The notes beneath the pieces are model-generated. The model saw nothing but the letters and a program-made list of their open reading frames with translations. It did no database searches and was not told where the DNA came from. Source: Octopus vulgaris (lineage: Eukaryota). Taken from it: 64,000 nucleotides of DNA. The stretch lies in contig OX597815.1 in assembly GCA_951406725.2 (NCBI GenBank), forward strand, positions 41,230,001 to 41,294,000, in the 5' to 3' direction. Positions 55,411 through 64,000 of this stretch are shown piece after piece (position 1 is the stretch's first letter; each line of letters opens with the position of its first letter). Position numbers and translations under genes: made by a program.

Positions 55411-58400
55411 GCTGCAGACAGGGTTGTGTAGTTAAAAAGTTCACCTCATAACTACATGGTTCTAGGTTGAGTCCCTCAGTGTGGCACTTTAGGTAAATGT
55501 CTTTTACTATAACACTATAAATCAATGCCTTATGAGTGAATTTAGTAAACGGAAACTGTGGAAAATCACTGCACATGTGGTGAGTTGAGGGTGGGGGTCC
55601 ATTTGTGCACAACCCTTTGTCTCAACACTAAACAACCAGTGTTAGTTTGCTTACATCCCCATAACTAAGCAGGTCAGCAAAAGGAGGTCACCAGACTTTA
55701 ATAAGTGAGCACTGGGGTTGATCTGATTGACTAAACCTACCAAGACAGTATGTTAGCATGGCCGTTGTTCAAAAATTGAAACCACTAAAAGAGTATACAA
55801 TGTCCCATGCACTTATAGCAGAGAAACAACAGTGGAAAGCTCAAAATACAAGAGAAGTCAGCTACAACAGAACATCATATACTATAAAAAGCATATGTTA
55901 TAAAAACTGTAATAATATACTGAAAATAATGTTTCCATTATAGGGAAAGAAACAGTGGAAACTAGAGAAAATAAAAAAAGCAGTTCATACAGTGTTTTGA
56001 GAAGATAATCAGTAAATATAGCACTGAATTTAGCCTAATATAGCTGATATTACCAAAAATATGTCTAAATATAATTTAAATCGACATAACTATTCCATGG
56101 GGACTACAGCCTAGTGGATAAGAACATAGAACTCTATATTTGAAATAAAGACTCAAGAATCTCCAACCTAAATTCAAGCACATATCAACAAACATGGTAA
56201 ATATGGAATCTGATATCACAGGGGGATCAAAATGATCAAAATGGTTCATTAAGACAGTTAAATCAGTGAAAGGAATTGAATATTTATAGATATAAATTGA
56301 ACTGCATTCACTAAATAAGATACTCATTACAAAGAGATTATCTTCAATTCAATGAGCTAAATCGACAGATCTAATGCTACAATGTCTATTTTCTGTTAAC
56401 ATCAGCATTGAAAGGCTTCTAACGTATCATAATCATAATAAACATTGGCAATTTAGTTTGTGTCTAATACATGCTTAAACAAACAAGTAGGAGGAGGAAA
56501 AGATTGTGTGACACTTTCGACAAAATAAAAATATTTTAGATAAAATAGAATAAACAAACATGATATGACTCTAAAGCAAACATTCATCTCTGAATGAGGT
56601 ATCCTGAAAATATGGGTTGTTTTCTTATAAAGTTTTAAAATATTGTTAAGTCAATTACTTTTTCACAAGAGGGAGAGATACGAACAAAACCATAACTTGG
56701 GGATTTAGTCGTGGGGGGGCAGCAACTTTATTTTCCTATGTCAAACACAGATGAGGCACATATTTGAAGCACAAAAGAAGACAAATATAGCAAATCATTC
56801 AAAAAGATATTCAGATATTTAGTCGCATAGGCCGACTTAGCCATGCAGTAAGAAGTTTGCTTCCCAGAACCATTGTTCTGGGTTAAATTCTACTGTATGT
56901 CACTTCGAGCAAATGTATTCTGCCATAGTCCCAGCCAACCAGAGCCTAGTAAGTGATTTCAGTAGATGAAATAAGCCCATCATATATATATATGTGTGTG
57001 TGTGTGTATACATACATACACATGCATGTATATATGTGTGAATGCACATGTACATGTGTTACTGAATTCATCAAGTAAGTGGTGTCCTTTCCTCCAAATT
57101 TTCCATTAAAACAGATGAGGTTTGGCAACAGGCAGGGCACCTGGCTGGAGAAAATCAGACTCAACAAAATTCTGCCTGATTTATGCAAGCGAGTATGGAA
57201 ATATAGACATTTAAATGATGTTGATAACATTCACACATTTACACGGAAAACAATTATCACAAGAGCAATGCTTCAAAGCAATAACTATACATGATTTTTT
57301 TCCACAGCAAATTATTGTGATTTGTCATCAAACTTCTTTTACATAGCTGAACTGCTTTTTCTATGCCACTCCAACCCATTAATTTGGACTTTTACAGCAA
57401 AGGATAGAGTCAAAAATCTCCAAGTCAACAAATGCAAACTAAAAAGCTGTTTGTAACTGTCCAAATACTTCTCTTACAATTGACTTCATCATCATCATCT
57501 TCATCATTTAATGTCCGTTTTCCATCTCCATAAATATTCTGTCATTCTCTTATTCTCACTAACCCTAATCCTTGTTTTCTTTCCCTTCCATACTTTAAAG
57601 TGTATACCCTGTTCTTCCCAATATACTTCAATCCTCTCTCTCATCACCTTGCCTAATGCTGACACCTATTTTCATTTCAGTCATGAAGGCTCTTTACTCT
57701 CACAAGTTACAAGTCAATGTCATTAGTTCTGGTGCCTTGAAAAGCACCCAGTACACTCTGAAAAGTGGTTGGCATTAAGAAGGACATCCAGCCATAGAAA
57801 CTATGCCGAAAGTGAGACAGACGAGTAAGAAGTGATCCTCTGAATTGTTGTATACTGTCCAACTGGCTAATCTTTGTCAACATGGAACCTGAATATAAAA
57901 TGTTGATGATAGCTGAAAATCTAATGTCACCATGGTTGTGAAGGCCAACATTCTGAGCTTTTATATCATCACTTCTTCCCATGTCACTCTCTGCCACTTT
58001 ATCATTGAATACTCAATAGTTGTATGCATCATGTCTATACCAATGCAGTTATTACATCAAGACATACTGGCCAATATTTTTAATACCTAACTATTTTTCT
58101 AGCTCAGTTGTGCTGTACCTTTAATGCAAAATAACATCCTGCAACAGATGTAGCAGCTTCTGTACTATTCTTTTGAATAACCTACATGTTTTGTATATTT
58201 CCATAGATATTTCATAGCAGGGATGTGTAAATTCTTATATTTAAATCTGAGGATGGTTGATCTCCTTTTAACTCAAAATAAAATATTGCAAGTATAAGAC
58301 ACTTTTTATGTTGAAAATGACTGTAGTTGAATAATCAGTGATAGAATTAAAATAAACTCAACCTAATTGCCACAACAAACTTAGAAATATATTAAAAACT

Positions 58401-61400
58401 TGATGTAGTTAGCTTTCTGTAAAAAATTGATAAATTTTCATTTTTAATTTAAAGCCTCTTTTTAAAACCAAACGCCATTCTTTTAGATGTGTTAGCCTAT
58501 TACTTTTCAGAGACCCTCAAAAATTTTCAACAAATTTTGATAAATTTTACTAAATATATTGTTTTCCTTAGTACTTTTTAATTACTTTATAAGTCTTCTT
58601 AAAAGCTACTCTCATGACAAAACCCACATCTCTAATCTCCAGTATGCATAATAGAGATTACCATTGTTTAGCAGTAGAAACCTTGAAAGGCTACAATAAA
58701 AATAAATATCATATAAAATTAAAATGAAACTATATATTATCAACAGTCCATATTCACTAACAATGCGTTAAAATACACACATGTGTGCGCGCACACACAT
58801 GCATGCACATACACACATGCAAGTACATTGCTCTGAGTATTCAAGACAAACTTAAAGGCTGGTTACAATAACATTATCTTAATATTTGAAGTCAACATTC
58901 AGAAATATTTTGTAACTGAATTGTTCTAAAACTGCCATGTTGAAGCTATCCTTGAACTATGGCCAAACCAGAACTCAAACAATCTTTTTGACAAGAGTGA
59001 AATGTTTAAATCAGAAACAATATGCTTTATATGTATATTTTAACTATGTCAGCAAAGACGTCTATAATTTTAATGGAAAATTAAACAAAACTGAAAGGGT
59101 TTAATAATAATAATAACAACAGTCACTGTCATCATTTTACGCCCACCTTCCATGCTGGTATCATGCTGGTCATGATGATCTGAGATCTTATTTCCATCAA
59201 TGCTCTCCTGGATGGGTCGACATCTTGCTTGTGCATTTCAATTTTGTCTTAGATTCTATGGCTGCATGCCTCTCCTAACACCAACCACATGCAAAGTGTA
59301 CTGGAGGCATTTTTTTCATGGCCCCAGCACTAGAAAGGTTACCATGTCTTTGATTAGCCTAAGAAGTCCTCTAAACTTCAATTTATCATGACACAAGCAC
59401 TGATGAAGTTACCTTGTATCCAATAAGACTGAAGAAGCCTTGCTATTTTGTAAAGTGTTCATTTGCTAAAGGCAACATGACTGAACAAGGTGAATAGAAC
59501 AGAGAGTGAAGGTAGAAGAACCTAGATTGGTGGGCAAGAAGAGTAAGGGAGTGATTTATGTGAGATGGTAGAGGTGGGGATGAGAAAGAGAGTGGTGGAT
59601 AGCAACAGAGGTGGACAATGGATGTCAACAACAAAACTTAAAATAATCCCACTTAGTACTTAATAATTTACAATGAAAATTATGAGATACAAAAATCTTA
59701 TACTTGATCATAAATAATTACCAGAATCCCTTTGTTGAATAAATAATACAAATGCAATGAAATAATCGGCTAATTTTCAGGGCTTAGGACAGATTGCTTA
59801 CAATGAATCCAAACCAAAGTATAGTAATTTTTCAAGATGACGCATTCTAAATATTTCCCCAGATGTTCACCAAAGCATTCTCTACTTAAGAAATCCTCTA
59901 TTTTTATGCCAATTATATTCTAACACAGGTAAAGTTATGCTATGTGTTACACTGAACAGAATTTTGAAATGTAGTATATCCTGAGTACTGAATCATAATA
60001 TCTTGGAATACTCAAATATCTGTCTTCACAATTCCATTAAAGACCATCAATCTTATCTGCTATCATACTTTATAAATACAGCTTTACTAATCCTATGTGT
60101 TTTCGAGAAGGCTTACCAATTCTTTTTGAGAAATTTAACAAACCAGATTAGACAACTTTTATGAGATTATGATTACAAATATTTGTAAAAGAAACAAATT
60201 GAAATATACACTGTTAAATTGAAAATAATATAAGCATGAAGCTAGACAGATGTGTTTTAAGAATAATTACATACATGCAATCTCACTCTCACACACATTA
60301 TATTAATTATAACTAGATTTATAATGTCACTACATACCCTGCTCAACAATTTGTTAACGCATGTTTATTTTCTTTCCTAATATTTATTTTCTTATATTAA
60401 GATTATATTTCAGATAGAAATTAAACACACATTCTACTGTCATTTTAAGGTTCCTTTTCTCATGCTGGCACGAGTTGGAATAGTCACAAATGTTTCAGGC
60501 AAACAAAATATTCTGGAGAGAGAGAGAGAGAGAGGGGGGAGAGGGAAAGAGAGAGAGAGAGAGAAACTTTGTAGTGAAAAGAGTGTTGGGTAAAAACAAT
60601 TATTATATAGATAATTTGGTAGTTTTTAAGAGAATTATATTTTTAATAATTTTTCACAATGTTTACTCTCAAATCTGCCTGACTGTTAGTTACTTATAAA
60701 TCACCAACCACCAAAATATTAGATGATATTACTTGCTTATTTGAAAAGACTAGGTAAATTTCAACTTTCATAAGGTATTTGCTTGTTTAAAGCATGAAAT
60801 TTATGAAAAGGGTCAGCTTTTGCGAGTGTATTGGCTGCGCCCCACTAAGATCAAGTGACAAGAAAACAATGGAAAAAAAAATTTTTTTAACACCTTATTC
60901 TAACAGTAACAACATAAAATACAATAAAAGTTTACAGCTTACAGACGTAATTTCAACTTTCTGAAGATAATTTCTTAATTTGATAAATTCTAACAAGCCT
61001 TACATGAATGTTTTTTTTGTTCATTTCAACAAAAAATTAGATTGTCACTGGGAGGGAGACTTTATTTAAAGAAAAAAAAGTATTATTTCAGTATCTACAT
61101 AGGCTCTTACAACATATATTTGAAATTATCAACAACATAATACAAGTTTAAAAAGACAAATAATTCACAACCTATATTTAAAACATACAATTAAGTTGAC
61201 AAAAATCAGAAGTGGAAAAAAAAGTAAGCAAATTAAATAACAAAATATTATAAACAAATATCAGTCTTAAGCAACTTCATGCAGAAGATGTATATGAGAG
61301 GTTGTATGAACACAATAAAGGAACCAGACTGACATTTAGTAAAAGTAAAAATGAATCATGCCATAACTGGATGAAGTGACAAATTAACAGATTTGCAAAT

Positions 61401-61675
61401 TGTAAGCCCAACCCAAAAGTGATATCAAAGTAGTTAAGAAATTCAGAGCCACTAAGGGAGTTTATCTTTAAGTGTGTATTTTGTGTGAAAGTACATGTGC
61501 ATTTATGTATGTGAATAAAACTTTTACGTAAGTAATTTTTTTTTATTTATTTATTAACCAGAGGAAGTTGGACTTAATTTAGTAAAATATAAACAAATTC
61601 TTAGTACAATAAGCTAACGATTAAGTTTAAACAAATGCTAAAAAACAAAAAGATATATATAAAAAAATTACTTAC

Positions 61676-61693
61676 CAGTTTCATTGACAACAA
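61676..61693 (-). CDS. RPRD2: 18-nt microexon of the RPRD2-like gene (VVVNET)
   Basis: Reads ttttgtttcatttttAG|TTGTTGTCAATGAAACTG|GTAAGT, with a strong polypyrimidine tract and a consensus donor. Phase 1-1, open and in frame. Confidence 0.7.
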
Positions 61694-62079
61694 CTAAAAA
61701 TGAAACAAAAATTTAAATCATTATCTATACCAAACAAGGATATTTTTTTTTTTTATTATAGAGTATTTTTGTTATTTTTCAAAGTACTAATTATATTTAT
61801 GAACTGAATATTAAATGAAACTTATTTATATCAGATATATCATGGGATTTCAGTTAGACAAGGAATATGATTCAAAAATAAACCTTTAGAATGTTAAAAT
61901 AAGTTGCTATTACCAAAAGAAGTCAAGTAGTTATGTGTTAATTTTCTACTTAATTATACAACAAATTTAATAGAAATTACTTATGAGTTTTAGAATAACT
62001 TGTTGGCTACAAATGTTATAAAACAGGAAAGGGACATTACCAAAAGTATTGAAAGGTAAAAGCTTTGAAGCTAAGTTAC

Positions 62080-62311
62080 CTAATATATTTCGAGTTGCAT
62101 CACTTTCATCATTGTCAGAATCAGAAAGTTCCATATCAATTGCTTCTGTGTTATCTTGTTGTGTATCTACGTCTGCTGGTGGAGTACTACTAGGTGATGG
62201 AGCATCAGGTGTAGGTGAAGGCAGAGGACTAGCTGGATCTGGTAATGACAACTTCAGTTCATCGAGTTTCTTTTTCACAATTGCAACTCTAGAACCAAAG
62301 TTTTTATATGC
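62080..62311 (-). CDS. RPRD2: RPRD2-like protein, internal exon
   Basis: Acceptor ttttacttAG and donor GTaact. Encodes AYKNFGSRVAIVKKKLDELKLSLPDPASPLPSPTPDAPSPSS...IDMELSDSDNDESDATRNIL, matching RPRD2 AYKTFANRV..KKKLDQLK..LPDP..SP.PSPS.DAPSP and DMELSD motifs. 232 nt, phase 0 to 1. Confidence 0.9.
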
Positions 62312-63576
62312 CTAAGTAAAAAAAAAAAGGAAAGAGAGAATATTTAATTCGCCAGAATAAAATAGATACACAAATAACTGAGTTTGATCTTAAGAAACCA
62401 TAAATTTAAAAATACCAACACAATGAGATTAAGATAAACATAAGCACCCCCATACATACACACTATTTTATTGGTTTTAACCATTTGGTTATGGCTGGGG
62501 ACACCACCCACACACACACACTCTCCCACTCTTCAGAACCAACCCAATCCAACCTTTGCAAGTCACAAAACCCACTTATCAATTCAACATCTCCACAATT
62601 TATCCTACATCAACATATCATCAATTAACCACATTTGTAAATCTCAATGTTTAAGATAGCTAGTTCATTGAACCTCTGCCAACTCTATGCTCACTACTTA
62701 TGATAACATGACTGCATGTCACTCTTAACCATTTAGATTTCATACACATTCTTATTCACCTGGTCAATTAATACAAACACTTAGAATAATAGACAATGGA
62801 AAGAAAAAAAAAAGAAAAAAGTCAACATATATTTCATACTTTTTAATAATGAACAACAAATGTTAGCAGTATTTTCAATCAAGTGACTGATTAATATTAT
62901 TATTATTATTATTCTAGTAAAGCTAAATCAAAATAAAAACTATGAGTGACAAAACCAACAAGTCAAGGAACTCAGTTTTTAAAAATTGTACAAAAATAAA
63001 CTAAATACACAGATGTCCAAATACTTTTTCTCACTTGTATAATTTTATTTGTCAAATTCATCACTGTCATTTTATTAAACAATCTGCCAGTTACTTATAA
63101 ACTCTAAGAATACATGTATCTAGAGGTGACAATCCAATTATCACTAGATACTGCTTCTTAATAAATACTCTATTAATCAGTCCATATTTTTGTCTCAAGA
63201 TTTGTTCCAATAACTTTCAATGTCTATGCTGGTACATACAAACATTCACCACATATACATTCTAAACAATCTGTTCACTTCATATTCACCAAAACCCAAG
63301 TCTGTGCCTTATCATTTTTATTCAGAATTGTTTCTTCCTGGAATGATATTTTTGTTTGCATTATTTCACAAACCACAAGCCTGCAATAAATGAAACTTAA
63401 CATAAACTACACTAACGCACTAAGTTCTCACTGTGCTCCAGTCGACAACATATTAAAAAGGTTACAGCTAATGTCCAGCAACAGATTACTAAGTATTTAA
63501 AAGAAAGCAAAACAAAAGGAGGAAAAAAAAACATTCAGTTTTGTAGTCTCAAGATTGTACAAAGACATGAACATAC

Positions 63577-63752
63577 ATTGGCAACTATCTTAGCCTCCCG
63601 ATACTGGTCTTCATAGAACAGTTCACTCTGCTCAAGCATGGTTATCATGGCAGTCCTATGGTCTATCTCTTTCTGTAAACTCACAACGTAGTCATCCAGT
63701 TTGTTACAGGCATCTTCAAATTGGCGTGAAAATTCTTTTCCATGTGCTCGGT
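63577..63752 (-). CDS. RPRD2: RPRD2-like protein, internal exon (coiled-coil region following the CID domain); upstream exons lie beyond the window
   Basis: Acceptor ttcaattgtAG and donor GTatgt. Encodes (D)RAHGKEFSRQFEDACNKLDDYVVSLQKEIDHRTAMITMLEQSELFYEDQYREAKIVAN, closely resembling vertebrate RPRD2 as recalled (KKFSKEFEEASSKLEEFV...FYEAQYKEVKVVAN). Ends in phase 0, matching the next exon. Confidence 0.88.
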
Positions 63753-64000
63753 CTACAATTGAAAGGAAACAGAACAAAATCATGTATAATTCATCATCAT
63801 TATTTAATGTCCACTTCTTTACACTTGCATGGGTCAAACAGAATTAAGGGAGACAGATTTCCTTTGGCTGAATGTCCTCCTTGTCACCAACCCTCACCTA
63901 TTTCCAAGCAAGATAATATTTTCCAACGGCTAGATATGTTTTCCATTGATGACCAGAAACGAACAACCTCACTCATATGACAATGCTTATTTACAATTAT

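Overview
AT-rich, repeat-dense animal genomic DNA. The SINE families present resemble those of octopus, so a coleoid cephalopod source is inferred but not proven. The window holds the 3' part of one large minus-strand gene, an RPRD2-like RNA polymerase II CTD-associated protein. Its coding exons are 63577-63752, 62080-62311, an 18-nt microexon at 61676-61693, probable cassette exons at 33215-33271 and 32142-32288, then 23134-23241 and a large terminal exon at 16466-18771. The rest is intronic or downstream DNA filled with SINEs, RTE/CR1/Penelope fragments, two full-length mariner copies, and hAT, piggyBac and Helitron-like non-autonomous elements. The standout feature is a 3.6-kb Tigger/pogo-type element (51036-54632) inside the largest intron that carries a beta-catenin armadillo-repeat exon with splice sites and flanking intron DNA. 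Removing the element and one TA target duplication restores the reading frame of the RTE fossil it interrupts, which supports a gene-capturing Pack-TIR transposon. All alignments were done by eye and no searches were run.
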